IMG/VR virus record: IMGVR_UViG_2802429654_000001
Coordinates: 1 to 43,012 of that record
Source of the DNA: a virus
Strand: one strand, 5' to 3'
DNA: 43,012 nt
Under the pieces are notes generated by a model. The model was not told the DNA's origin, did no database searches, and saw nothing but the letters and a program-made list of their open reading frames with translations. The translations under genes were made by a program, and so were the position numbers. This document shows, piece by piece, positions 7,832 to 17,109 of the stretch (position 1 is the first letter of the stretch; each line of letters begins with the position of its first letter).

Positions 7832-8664
7832 CAGCTGTACACCTCCCGGAGCGCCTTCTTCGTCATCGCACCATCGATCGCGAGGTACTGCTTCGGCGTG
7901 TCGTTCTCACGCCAGCCCATCATCGTCTTCAACGCCTGCCAGTCGACGCCGTTCCCAGCGTGGTACGTGGCGGCCGTCCCTCGCAGCCCGTGGAGCGTGA
8001 CGTTCGTCGTGAGGCCGGGTGCGTGTTCAGCCGCCTCTTCGACGCGCCGTTTCAACGTTGACGACGAGTAGTTCCACCCGCCGTCTTCGTCGATCAGCCA
8101 CTCGACAGCGAAGGTCACGCGCGAAGAGATCGACGCGTACGGGATCGACCGAACCGACGCCTCGGTCTTCGGCCGCCAGTACTGCGACGCGAGTTCGTCG
8201 CGGTCCGGATCGTCTCTGTTGTCTTCCATCTGGTTCACTGCCTGCCGACAGTACCCGCACAGCCCGCCGTTCCGGCCGCTGTCGCACGGATCGTGGGCGG
8301 GGATGTGAAGCATCTGCGTGTCGGTGTTGACCCAGGACGCATCGAGATGCGCGAGTTCGCCACGACGCAGTCCGAGCCGGCCAGCGATGAGAATTCCCGC
8401 TCTCGCCTCGAGGTCGGCGTTCGGCGAGCCCTGCGTTGTTGGGGTGCGAGACGCACCGATGAGCAGGCGCTCGAACTCGCTCGTACTGAGGACGCGCTCC
8501 CGGGTCGCTCCTGGGACCGTCCCGGGCGTTGTCGCCCCAGGCTCTGATTCGGCGTCCATCGCGTCCGTGAGGTCAGCACCGCCACGCGGCGCCCCGTTGC
8601 GCCGGAGGTGTGCGATCTTCTCTCTGTCCGCTTCCGCACCGCCGCGAGACTCGTCACTCGACAT
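7831..8664 (-). CDS. Tyrosine recombinase, SNJ2-integrase-like (catalytic domain only)
   Basis: GRLGLRRGE (R), PKT (K), HGLR (HxxR), MGW and QYL (Y). Cys-rich insert HDPC...CGYCR. No N-terminal binding domain. Confidence 0.85.
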   Translation of the reverse strand: MSSDESRGGAEADREKIAHLRRNGAPRGGADLTDAMDAESEPGATTPGTVPGATRERVLSTSEFERLLIGASRTPTTQGSPNADLEARAGILIAGRLGLRRGELAHLDASWVNTDTQMLHIPAHDPCDSGRNGGLCGYCRQAVNQMEDNRDDPDRDELASQYWRPKTEASVRSIPYASISSRVTFAVEWLIDEDGGWNYSSSTLKRRVEEAAEHAPGLTTNVTLHGLRGTAATYHAGNGVDWQALKTMMGWRENDTPKQYLAIDGAMTKKALREVYS

Positions 8665-9040
8665 CCTCGTCCTCCTGGACGTCGTCGACGGCGCCGTAGA
8701 ACGCGGCGTCACAGCACGCGATCTCGTCGCCGCGCTCGACCTGCTCGCCGGCGTCGTAGTCGGTCAGGTCCGGGGCCCACCCAGTCTCCTGGCACCACTG
8801 CGCGATCGCCCAGCGCGTGACCTCAGTCTCGTCGCCGTCCCAGTTGCCGTCGTAGCGCTTGCCCTCAAGCAGCAGCATCACGAGGTAGTCGATCGGATTG
8901 TTCGGGTCGAGCGCCTCACCGTCGACGACCAGCCGAATCGAACTCCGGTCGGCGCTCGACTCTGGGATCGTGTCGTTCTCTTCGGCCTGCCGCAGCTGCT
9001 CGTTGACCGCTGACGTGTGGCCCATCTCGTCATCCGTCAC
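8654..9040 (-). CDS. Hypothetical protein
   Basis: 128 aa acidic ORF within the operon. Confidence 0.7.
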   Translation of the reverse strand: MTDDEMGHTSAVNEQLRQAEENDTIPESSADRSSIRLVVDGEALDPNNPIDYLVMLLLEGKRYDGNWDGDETEVTRWAIAQWCQETGWAPDLTDYDAGEQVERGDEIACCDAAFYGAVDDVQEDEDVE

Positions 9041-9405
9041 TGTTCGAACACCTCCGTACTGCCGTCGGCGGTCGCGATGAGCGGACTCGCCGCCAGGTGC
9101 TGGCCTAGCTGCTCGTCGATCGCCGAGCGGTCGACCCAGCCGGGGATCGGTCGCTCGCCGCGGGCTAGCGCCACGCGGAGCCGGTGCTTACAGCCCTTGT
9201 CGGGCGCCCGATGGAGCGCGTCCGGACAGTCGCAGGAGTCGGCGATCGCGTCGACGCGGTAGGTGCCGGTCGCTGTCACGACCAGGAACTCTTCGTCGCG
9301 GAGGTCGTGGTCGAGCGAGTCGTCGAGGACGGTCATCGACTCGGTGAGCGCCTTGGCCGCACGCTTCCCGAAGTTGCCGGCCGGCGCCCGGGCTGCCTCA
9401 GACAT
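9037..9405 (-). CDS. SWIM-type zinc-finger protein
   Basis: TYRVD...SCDCPD...GCKH (CxC...CxH). Confidence 0.75.
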   Translation of the reverse strand: MSEAARAPAGNFGKRAAKALTESMTVLDDSLDHDLRDEEFLVVTATGTYRVDAIADSCDCPDALHRAPDKGCKHRLRVALARGERPIPGWVDRSAIDEQLGQHLAASPLIATADGSTEVFEQ

Positions 9406-9799
9406 CGCCGATACCTCCCTCAGTCCATGCCTGCTCAACCGGGACTGTCGCGAGCCGGCCACGCGGGAAGTCGTACGACGTCAAGTCGCCGAGGTCGTCG
9501 AGGCCGTCCATCGAGAGGTCGCTCAGGTAGTAGCACTCGAAGACGGTGTCGCTCGCGTGGACGGGCAGCCACGGATGCGGCCCGTACGTCGCGAGGTCGA
9601 AGTCTTCCTCGGCGTGGTACTCGCCAAGCGTGTCGGCGACGTCGCGACGGACGAACAGCAGCTGGCGTGAGACGATGTCAATCGCGAGGCTGCCCGGGAC
9701 GGGCTCGGTCCGGACGTTCGCGAGCGCGTTCGCGACGCGCTCCTCGTACGGGAGCTCCGCGTCGTCGAAGTCCGCGTCGATGGCGCCCTGTTCAGACAT
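9398..9799 (-). CDS. Hypothetical protein (start MSEQGA)
   Basis: 133 aa acidic ORF overlapping its neighbours. Confidence 0.7.
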   Translation of the reverse strand: MSEQGAIDADFDDAELPYEERVANALANVRTEPVPGSLAIDIVSRQLLFVRRDVADTLGEYHAEEDFDLATYGPHPWLPVHASDTVFECYYLSDLSMDGLDDLGDLTSYDFPRGRLATVPVEQAWTEGGIGDV

Positions 9800-10268
9800 C
9801 GGCAGCCACCTCCTCACCTGCGAACAGGTCGTCGACATCAGGTAGTGTGCTGCCGTAGTCGACACCGGCGCGTTCGGCTGGGTTCGTATTCCGTGCGAGC
9901 CACTGCCGGGCCTCCCACACGGCCGAGCGGAGGTCGTCCTCGTCGTGGACGTCGGTCCACTCGCCGGCGTCCGTCGCGACGAGCTCGCAGATCTCGGCGA
10001 GGCGTTCGTACTTGCGCTGCTCGATGGCGTACTTGATGTGACCCGTCGCCTCGTCGAGGTTGCTCGCGGCGTCATCGTAGTCGTACTCGTCTTCCCGCTG
10101 CGTACACGCCGTGTGGGTGGCGCCGTACGCCGCGGCCAGCTGCCGAAGCTGCTCGTCTTCCTGAAACCGGTCGTGAATGACGTCGGCGAGCAGCGTGTCG
10201 AACGCCTCGACGAACGTCTCCTCGTGATGCGAGAGCTCTTTCTTCGCGGTGCGGTTGAGGTCGCGCAT
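9792..10268 (-). CDS. Hypothetical helical protein (start MRDLNR)
   Basis: 158 aa acidic ORF. Confidence 0.7.
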   Translation of the reverse strand: MRDLNRTAKKELSHHEETFVEAFDTLLADVIHDRFQEDEQLRQLAAAYGATHTACTQREDEYDYDDAASNLDEATGHIKYAIEQRKYERLAEICELVATDAGEWTDVHDEDDLRSAVWEARQWLARNTNPAERAGVDYGSTLPDVDDLFAGEEVAADV

Positions 10269-10663
10269 CACGCGCTCACCCCGCGGTGCCGCTGGAGGAC
10301 GTCGCCGAAGCGCGAGACCATCGCGACGGTCGGCTCGGGATGGGCGTCGACGGCGGCCGTGTCGACCGCGTCGATGTCGTCCCATTCGCCCTCGTCGACG
10401 TAGTACCGGCGCTCGAACGCGACCTGCGCGTCCGCACCCATGTAGAGGATGGTTGCGCCGGTGGCGAAGCCAAGGTCGTCGTCGTTGTAGTTGATGACGC
10501 CGTTGACGCGAGCGACGGCGTAGCAGCGGACCTCGTCGTCGTCCGGGTCGACGTCGGGCTGGTTCATCTGGCTGATCGCTGCCTCCGAGATCGCCCGCGG
10601 GCCTTCCAGGTCGTGGAAGTCCGGAGCGCTACCGTTTTGCGGCTGGGTTGTGTCGGTTGACAT
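10268..10663 (-). CDS. Hypothetical protein
   Basis: 131 aa acidic ORF, first gene of the leftward operon. Confidence 0.7.
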   Translation of the reverse strand: MSTDTTQPQNGSAPDFHDLEGPRAISEAAISQMNQPDVDPDDDEVRCYAVARVNGVINYNDDDLGFATGATILYMGADAQVAFERRYYVDEGEWDDIDAVDTAAVDAHPEPTVAMVSRFGDVLQRHRGVSA

Positions 10664-10845
10664 TGCTGGTTTCCAGCACGGTCAGGGGCGCTTGGACGCC
10701 CCGGGCCACTTCTGCGGCCACGTCCCGTGCTTACCCTACAGTACAAGCCTTGGGTACTTCAATCTTACTACTTGTAAGGTGTTATAGTCCAAAATAGTAG
10801 TAAAGACTAACTGTATTGGACAGGTACTAAGACCCGTGGAAACGC
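10664..10845. promoter_or_regulatory. Divergent promoter region
   Basis: AT-rich tract at about 10730-10830 between divergent operons, with recurring TACT/AGTA motifs. Confidence 0.6.
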
Positions 10846-11199
10846 ATGAACCAGCAAGAGATGGCCGTCAAGGTCACAGAGTCAACTGAGAGCGTGCTTG
10901 GCGTTTTACACGCGGGGCGAGCAACGCCCGGGCACATAGTCGAAGAAACGAATCTCGCTCGGCAGACAGTACATAGCCAGCTGAATCAGCTTCTCGCAGG
11001 GGGTCACATCCGGTACGTCCACGAAGCGACCGGCCTCTACGAGCTCATCGACGATCCTCGCGATGACGTCGACCAGGAGGATGACGTCGAGCAGCTGAAG
11101 CGGCACGTCCGCGCTGCCGGCGAGGCGATCGAAGAGCAGGACGTCGACGCCCTCCGTCGGCATGTCCGCGCGGCGTGTGAGGTGATCAACGATGGCTAA
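10846..11199 (+). CDS. Winged-helix transcriptional regulator
   Basis: GRATPGHIVEETNLARQTVHSQLNQLLAGGHI...TGLYEL. Confidence 0.8.
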   Translation: MNQQEMAVKVTESTESVLGVLHAGRATPGHIVEETNLARQTVHSQLNQLLAGGHIRYVHEATGLYELIDDPRDDVDQEDDVEQLKRHVRAAGEAIEEQDVDALRRHVRAACEVINDG

Positions 11200-11383
11200 C
11201 CCGATCGTGATCGACGAGGACGGCTTCGAGGAAGTCTACCGCGACCTCGCCGATGCGACGCAGGCCGCAGCGAGAGGCGAGCACAACAAGTGCGCGTCGA
11301 AGGCGGCCGACGCGAAGGACCGCGTGCTCGAACTCCACGACAATGCGACAACGCTGGAGGAGATCGATGCCATCGACGACTGA
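11192..11383 (+). CDS. Hypothetical protein
   Basis: 63 aa, coupled to neighbours. Confidence 0.65.
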   Translation: MANPIVIDEDGFEEVYRDLADATQAAARGEHNKCASKAADAKDRVLELHDNATTLEEIDAIDD

Positions 11384-11654
11384 GGACGGCGACCAGTTCG
11401 CGGAGCAGCTGAACAAGATCTCAGATGAAGGGTACGCCCGCGTCGACGACGACGGCGATGACAAGTGGCTGAGTGTCGTCTGGGAGGGCAGCATCGGTCA
11501 CATCCTCTGTACGACGCTCCACTCGAACGGCGTCGCCGACGGCGAGGAGATCCCGACGCCGCTCGCCCGCGAGTTCATCGAGGATGACGGTGTCGTGTTC
11601 GAGGAGCCGCCGGAGGAGGTCAAACGGGAGGTGAAACGGCTTGAGCAGATCTGA
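11367..11654 (+). CDS. Hypothetical protein (start MPSTTED)
   Basis: 95 aa acidic ORF. Confidence 0.6.
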   Translation: MPSTTEDGDQFAEQLNKISDEGYARVDDDGDDKWLSVVWEGSIGHILCTTLHSNGVADGEEIPTPLAREFIEDDGVVFEEPPEEVKREVKRLEQI

Positions 11655-12045
11655 TCAGGGAGGCGAAGAAGTCTCGCAGTCCAAGGACGAGTTCGTGTTC
11701 TACGTCTACGACGACGATCCCGAGGATCCACGGTTTAGCTTCTGGCTTCAGACCGGAGACGGTGGGATGTCGCTCTACGAGCGCCCTCCGGACGGGCAGG
11801 GAATGTGGCTCGACCCGGAACCGGGCAGCGACTACGGCGCTATCGAACCGACCGACGAGCTGCGGGCGATAGTCCACGGCATGATCCGCGAGGGCGTAGA
11901 AACAGAGCGTGTCGCCGAACTGCCGCCCCACGAACGCCACTTCGTTCAGGTCCTCTCCGGGACAGTCAACGAGGGCGAGGACCGCGTCCCGTCGCCGGTG
12001 TGGCACTGGATTCACTCCTGTGAACCGCGAGGTGAGTCCGCGTGA
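11641..12045 (+). CDS. Hypothetical protein
   Basis: 134 aa acidic ORF. Start codon uncertain. Confidence 0.6.
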   Translation: MSRSDQGGEEVSQSKDEFVFYVYDDDPEDPRFSFWLQTGDGGMSLYERPPDGQGMWLDPEPGSDYGAIEPTDELRAIVHGMIREGVETERVAELPPHERHFVQVLSGTVNEGEDRVPSPVWHWIHSCEPRGESA

Positions 12046-12629
12046 AAGACGCCGATGAGATCGACGGGGAACTTGAGCGGTTCGCGTTCGATAGAGCCCT
12101 CTACGCCGCGAGGTGGACTGAGTTTCGGATGCCATACGACGGCGACTTCGGTTTTGTCGAGTACTTCGAGGCTGCCGTTGCGCGGAACCTCTCGCTACTT
12201 CGTGGCCTTGAGCAACTCGGCGAGTCCGCAGAACGCCGCGGCGTGTTGCCGCAGTCAGGAGGGGCGCAAACGAAGCTAATCACGGACGGTGGTCGTGATC
12301 AATCCGGAGTAACTGACCGATGCGGCGTGTGCGGGGAGCGGGTCGCTGGCGTGGTCGACGCGCTCGAGCACTACCTCGCCCAGCATCCGCGTTCCGACCT
12401 GCTTCACGACACGCTCTCGGAGGTGTCTGTCCGCTCGGAGTGTACCGAGTGTGGCGAGACGTTCACGACCGTCGTCTCAGTCGGGATCGACGCCAAGCCC
12501 GACAGGGCGACACTCACTGTCCCGTCGTACTGTGACGAATGTGTCGACAGCGATCCGATCTCGGGGCTGATTGTCAGAGAGATGGCTCCCGACAAGGTTC
12601 TGAGCCGAGAGATGCCCAGCGATGCCTGA
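12042..12629 (+). CDS. Zinc-finger protein
   Basis: CGVCG...HYLAQH (C2H2), CTECG and YCDEC. Confidence 0.65.
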   Translation: MKDADEIDGELERFAFDRALYAARWTEFRMPYDGDFGFVEYFEAAVARNLSLLRGLEQLGESAERRGVLPQSGGAQTKLITDGGRDQSGVTDRCGVCGERVAGVVDALEHYLAQHPRSDLLHDTLSEVSVRSECTECGETFTTVVSVGIDAKPDRATLTVPSYCDECVDSDPISGLIVREMAPDKVLSREMPSDA

Positions 12630-12852
12630 GTGCGCCGACTGCGGTGTCGCCTCAAACGGTGCCGTCCTCGTCGATGTCGACGGTGAGACGTTGTGTACGA
12701 GCTGCGCCGACGGCCACTGCGAGCGCTGCGGGACGGCGACCGATCACACGACGATCGCCGGCGACTTCCTCTGCCCGGAGTGCCAGGAGGTCCGACGCGG
12801 CCAGGACACGACGCGGCAGGACGGACAGGGCGCCCTCGGCGACTTCGCGTAA
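12622..12852 (+). CDS. Zinc-finger micro-protein
   Basis: Four CxxC motifs in 76 aa. Confidence 0.7.
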   Translation: MPECADCGVASNGAVLVDVDGETLCTSCADGHCERCGTATDHTTIAGDFLCPECQEVRRGQDTTRQDGQGALGDFA

Positions 12853-12926
12853 CCCCCTCTTCTTCGACTGGAGTGTGAGCGTCTGACGTGCTTTTATCTT
12901 TGCGTGCTTTGAACGCAAATCGTTCC

Positions 12927-13703
12927 ATGAAGTCATTCGCTGTCGCGAATCAGAAGGGGGGTGTTGCTAAGACCACGAACACGATCAACCTCGCCGGCGC
13001 GCTCGCCGACCGGGGGCACGATGTGCTCGCCGTCGACGCCGATCCGCAGGGGTATCTGACGAACACACTCGGCTTCCGCGACGCGTACGCTGCGGACCCG
13101 CCGTCGCTGTACTCGCTGTTCAACAGCCCACACGAGCACGACGCCGGCGACGTCATCCTCGAACACGCGGAGTTCGACGTCCTCCCGTCGAACGTGGACA
13201 TGTTCAAGCTGGAGCAGAACCTCATCGCGAGCGGCCGCCGGCCGCGCCAGCGCCTCGAGGACGTCTTCGACGATCTCGGTGGCTACGACTACGTGTTCGT
13301 CGACGCCCCGCCGTCGCTTGGGCCGATCAACGACAACGTCCTCCTCGCGTGCCGGAACCTCCTCATCCCGGTCGAGGCCGCGGAGTCGTCGATGCTTGCG
13401 CTCGAACACCTGCTTAACCAGATCGAGTCACTCGAACGCGACTACGACGTCCAGCTGCGAGAGCAGGCGGTGCTCATCTCGAACGTGAACTATCCGCTCG
13501 ATAACGAGCAACGCGAGGCGATCGACTGGTTCGGCGAGACGTTCGAGGGGCGGTGTCCCGTGTTCGAGATCCGGAAGCGCGCCGCGATCAAGCGCACCCT
13601 GAACAACGGCGGGTCGCTGTTCAGCGCCGACGCCGAGGAGTGCGACATGCGGGCGGTGTACGAGGACGTCGCTGCGACGCTCGTGGAGGTCGCCGATGAC
13701 TGA
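12927..13703 (+). CDS. parA: ParA/Soj-family partition ATPase
   Basis: Deviant Walker A NQKGGVAKTT, DADPQG and Walker B VFVDAPPSLG. TATA-like TTTTATC about 30 nt upstream of the ATG at 12927. Confidence 0.92.
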   Translation: MKSFAVANQKGGVAKTTNTINLAGALADRGHDVLAVDADPQGYLTNTLGFRDAYAADPPSLYSLFNSPHEHDAGDVILEHAEFDVLPSNVDMFKLEQNLIASGRRPRQRLEDVFDDLGGYDYVFVDAPPSLGPINDNVLLACRNLLIPVEAAESSMLALEHLLNQIESLERDYDVQLREQAVLISNVNYPLDNEQREAIDWFGETFEGRCPVFEIRKRAAIKRTLNNGGSLFSADAEECDMRAVYEDVAATLVEVADD

Positions 13704-14145
13704 CGACGACCAGAAGGAGAAAATGCGCGAGCGAATGCGTAGCCGATTTGATGACCCAGCTGTCGACCAGGAAGAAGAGAACACCGACGGGACGGGTGAG
13801 CGAGACGCGACTGATTCCACGCAGTCAGAGAAGTCAAAGCGTTCCACTCCCGAAAAGACTTCAAAGAACGCAAAGAACGAGAGGAACTCCATGCGCGCAA
13901 AGAACGTCAAGGAATCATGGAGCGCAACGAGCGTCTATCTCCCGGAGTTCCTCGACCGACAGCTCACAACCACGTACAAGCACGCCGATCTGGAGTTCGA
14001 GGAGGAATTCGGTCGGTCGCTACAGAAGACACGGTACTACTACCCGCTGCTCGTCGCGCTGGGCATGGAACGCATTGAAGAGATGGGGGCCCAAGAACTC
14101 CAAGAACGCATTGAAGACTTAGAAGCCGATGCGGGTGAGGAGTAG
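13696..14145 (+). CDS. ParA partner, putative centromere-binding adaptor (disordered N-terminus, RHH-like C-terminus)
   Basis: Overlaps parA. Charged low-complexity N-terminus, then ATSVYLPEFLDRQL. Confidence 0.65.
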   Translation: MTDDDQKEKMRERMRSRFDDPAVDQEEENTDGTGERDATDSTQSEKSKRSTPEKTSKNAKNERNSMRAKNVKESWSATSVYLPEFLDRQLTTTYKHADLEFEEEFGRSLQKTRYYYPLLVALGMERIEEMGAQELQERIEDLEADAGEE

Positions 14146-14476
14146 CGTCCTTTCCTCGCCCTGTTGAGATGCGCTTAGCCGACGTCTAACTCTCACGAGA
14201 GACGCTTTCCACCGTTCACCTGGTGAGAAGAGCGACCAGCAATTTCGTATCGTGACATACACTATACGAACAGACGAAACGTGCTGTGTGCCCGAAACAC
14301 CCCGTTATCGATGTGTATCTTACCGGGTCTGACCCCCTGATTCGAGGCGGGAAGACGGCGTCGTCACGGGTGTGAAAGCGGCGGACACCGCGTTTCCGGT
14401 GGGTAGTGGTGTCAGAATCCGAGATTAAAACCACTATGCTGAGTACTGGGCCTACTCCGCCGACGTCGAGGCGGTC

Positions 14477-14517
14477 TTAACCAACAGCGACCCCGAGACC
14501 GACCCAGCGTTGGTTAA
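14477..14517. repeat. Bipartite inverted-repeat element, copy 2
   Basis: TTAACCAAC 14477-14485, 23-nt spacer, GTTGGTTAA 14509-14517. It contains the integrase stop codon. Confidence 0.85.
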
Positions 14518-16250
14518 GGTTCGACCTCGTCGAGCGTGGGGAGCGCCTGGGTGACCATCGCGAACCCCAGCCCGAGCCCGAGCACGAGCCCCAGCTGCGA
14601 CGTCGCCTCCCCAGCGAGCAGCGGCTCGATCATCCCCATGTGGCTCATGTACGCTGACACGGCCAGCAGGTAGATCCCGAGTCCGGCGCCGATCGCTGTC
14701 GCCCGCTGCGGACTCGGCGGGTAGTGCTCCATCTGCGGGTCGAGTGCGAGCGCCTTGTGCTTCGCCGTCGCCCACGCGGCCGCGGTTCGCTGGCTCGCCT
14801 CGAGGCCGACGCCGGCGAGCATCCCGAAGAACCCCGCGAGTCCTGTCGCGTTGCTCTGGTTCCGATCCTGGACCGCCTTCGCGTGTCGCTTTAACTCGGT
14901 CAGCTGGTCGAAGAACTTCTCGCCCATCGACCGGATGTCCGAGCTCACCTTCTCGACGGACTCCAGGTCGCCGGCGGTGACGTGACCTTTGATCACCTTC
15001 TCGTGGAGGCCCATGTCGTCGGCGTACGGGTTCTCGATCGGCCTGTTGACGCGGTCGAGGGTCTCCTGCTCGGTGTCGACGTTGTAGCCGCAGTTGACGC
15101 ACTGGTCGATGCCCCGCATCGTCCACTCGTGACAGCGCTCGCACGGGAACGGGGAGACGTCGGGCTCGTCTTCGACGTGCTCAATCTCGTGGCCGCGAGC
15201 GAGGCCGACGTTTACGAGCGTGCCGTTCCCGTGGGACGTGATGTAGTGCTCGGGGCTTGTCGAGAAGAGACTCCAGTCGTAGAAGTAACGGAGGTCGCGC
15301 TCCCCGATCTCCGACTGCCGCGCCATGATCGACGCGGACGACCGACGGAAGTGCTGGCCGCTCGCCTCTTTCCCTATCCCAGCGCGCTCGCCTGCCACCG
15401 AGAACCGCTCGCTGAAGCCGCCGTACGACAGCAATTTGTTCTTGTTCTGTTTCGTCCAGATGTACGTCTCCGGCGGGATGTCGTCGATAGTGTCCGTTTC
15501 GCGGTCGAGCGGAACCTCTGGGTCGTCCCACGCTGGGTGGTTCCGCAGCCACTCCTTCAGGTACGGCATCCCCACGGTTACAAGCAGTTCCCGGCGCTCG
15601 GTCTTCCCGTTCGAACGCGGGAGCGTGATGATGACGCAGTCGTTGCGGATGGTCAGCTGCTTCCTCTGGAGCGGCCACATCTCTTCCATCGGCCGGGGGC
15701 CGGTGTCCCACTGCGTCGAGAGCAGCGCCTTGTCCCGGACGAGGTCGACGGTGCGCACCATCTCCAAGAGCTCGTCGTACTCGATGACGTGCTCAGGGAG
15801 CGGGGCGGGGTCCTCGACAACGTGCTTCCCCGGCTCGATCTTGGCGAAGCGCTTCGGGAGCTCGTCGACGTCAAGGACGGTCTTCGCGAACACGCGGATC
15901 GCGGAGAGCTTCGCCTGAACGGTGTAGCCGTTGTCGTACTCCTCATGGATCCACGAGGTCAGCTTCTTTTTCCCGCGGCGACCGTCGCGACCGTCCTCGA
16001 GGGACTCGGCGAGACCGTTGGTGTGGACGGCGAAGTCGCGGAGGTGCGTGAGGACGTTGGCGTGGTGCTTCCAGCCGCAGCGGTTGGCGTCGAGGCGATC
16101 GTCGACGAGGTTGTTGTCGAACTCGATGAGGACCTCACGGTCGTCGGGGCTGATCCCATCGACACGCTCGTTTGGTGGACCCGCGATTTGCTTCCGGAGT
16201 GATTCGACCCGCTTTTTCGCGTCTGATTCGCCGGGTGTGGGCATGCTCAA
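14514..16250 (-). CDS. Large tyrosine recombinase/integrase with a Zn ribbon and a hydrophobic C-terminal tail
   Basis: DTGPR (R), GKT (K), HFRR (HxxR), YDW and HYI (Y). CERC...CVNC zinc ribbon. Hydrophobic segments AIGAGLGIYLLAVSAYM and LGLVLGLGLGFAMV. Confidence 0.88.
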   Translation of the reverse strand: MSMPTPGESDAKKRVESLRKQIAGPPNERVDGISPDDREVLIEFDNNLVDDRLDANRCGWKHHANVLTHLRDFAVHTNGLAESLEDGRDGRRGKKKLTSWIHEEYDNGYTVQAKLSAIRVFAKTVLDVDELPKRFAKIEPGKHVVEDPAPLPEHVIEYDELLEMVRTVDLVRDKALLSTQWDTGPRPMEEMWPLQRKQLTIRNDCVIITLPRSNGKTERRELLVTVGMPYLKEWLRNHPAWDDPEVPLDRETDTIDDIPPETYIWTKQNKNKLLSYGGFSERFSVAGERAGIGKEASGQHFRRSSASIMARQSEIGERDLRYFYDWSLFSTSPEHYITSHGNGTLVNVGLARGHEIEHVEDEPDVSPFPCERCHEWTMRGIDQCVNCGYNVDTEQETLDRVNRPIENPYADDMGLHEKVIKGHVTAGDLESVEKVSSDIRSMGEKFFDQLTELKRHAKAVQDRNQSNATGLAGFFGMLAGVGLEASQRTAAAWATAKHKALALDPQMEHYPPSPQRATAIGAGLGIYLLAVSAYMSHMGMIEPLLAGEATSQLGLVLGLGLGFAMVTQALPTLDEVEP

Positions 16251-16452
16251 GGCTTCTCGTCAAATCACTATAAGCTTTAGGGGAGAATTTAGCATTTGTA
16301 AAGTTCAAACAGCATTAGACATGAGGTTTGAATACAGACTATATAAAGAGGTGCTATGAATCCCAAGCCTTTATGTACAAACGTACAGAAGGAACTGGTA
16401 GGCGCAGGGGTGCCCTGAGAAACGGGCCCGGTGCTGAAGACACCGCACCCTG
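16251..16452. promoter_or_regulatory. Divergent promoter region between the integrase and the HTH gene
   Basis: AT-rich, with TATATAAA and TTTATGTA boxes and a TTCAAAC/GTTTGAA inverted repeat. Confidence 0.6.
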
Positions 16453-17109
16453 TTGCCGTCCCGAATGACAGCGCCTGAAGATACGCGCCCCAGCACTGAT
16501 AATAGTGGTGGGGTCCCGACCGAAGTAGCATTGATTGATTACCTCCAGGACGTCGACCGGCCGGTCTCGCTCGACCGGTTGGCGAAGGCGACCGGAGCGA
16601 CCCGCGACGCGTTGAAGGCTCGCCTCGAGCAGCTCGAAGCGCGCGGCCTGATCATCGTCTCGATGGGCCTCTACCACGTGACGATCTCCCTCGTCGACGG
16701 CGCCCAGCCGATCGCCGACGGCGGTCGCGCCCACCCTGTCGCCGACGTCGACCTCGTGCCCGAGCAGATCTACACCATCCTGTCGAACGAGCGGCGCCGG
16801 GAGACGCTCCGCGTACTCGCCCGGCAGGCCGAGCGGGACGACGACGAGACAACGTACGCGCCCGTGAGCCCGCTGGCGGCCGTCGTGTGCGCGTCCGACG
16901 CGGACTTCTCCCCAGCGGGCGGGCCGGGCGAAGACGACCAGCACGCGACGTACGTGGCGCTCACGCAGACGCACCTGCCGCTGCTCCACGACCTCGGCGC
17001 CGTGGAGTACTACAGCAGGGTCCAGAAGGTGGCGCCGACCGATGTCGGCCTCGCGCTCGCGCAGCTGATGGACGTCGTCGACGGCGCCGCAGCGGAGGCG
17101 GACGAGTAA
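16453..17109 (+). CDS. wHTH plus haloarchaeal 'LSNERRR' (DUF7344-like) domain protein
   Basis: SLDRLAKATGATRDALKARLEQLEARGLI. ILSNERRRETL...YVALTQTHLPLL. Confidence 0.75.
   Translation: MPSRMTAPEDTRPSTDNSGGVPTEVALIDYLQDVDRPVSLDRLAKATGATRDALKARLEQLEARGLIIVSMGLYHVTISLVDGAQPIADGGRAHPVADVDLVPEQIYTILSNERRRETLRVLARQAERDDDETTYAPVSPLAAVVCASDADFSPAGGPGEDDQHATYVALTQTHLPLLHDLGAVEYYSRVQKVAPTDVGLALAQLMDVVDGAAAEADE

Noticed and set aside
14216-14434. 72-aa minus-strand ORF in the parAB-integrase gap
   Set aside because: Atypical composition, TTG/GTG-type start and no coupling to neighbours. Treated as non-coding.
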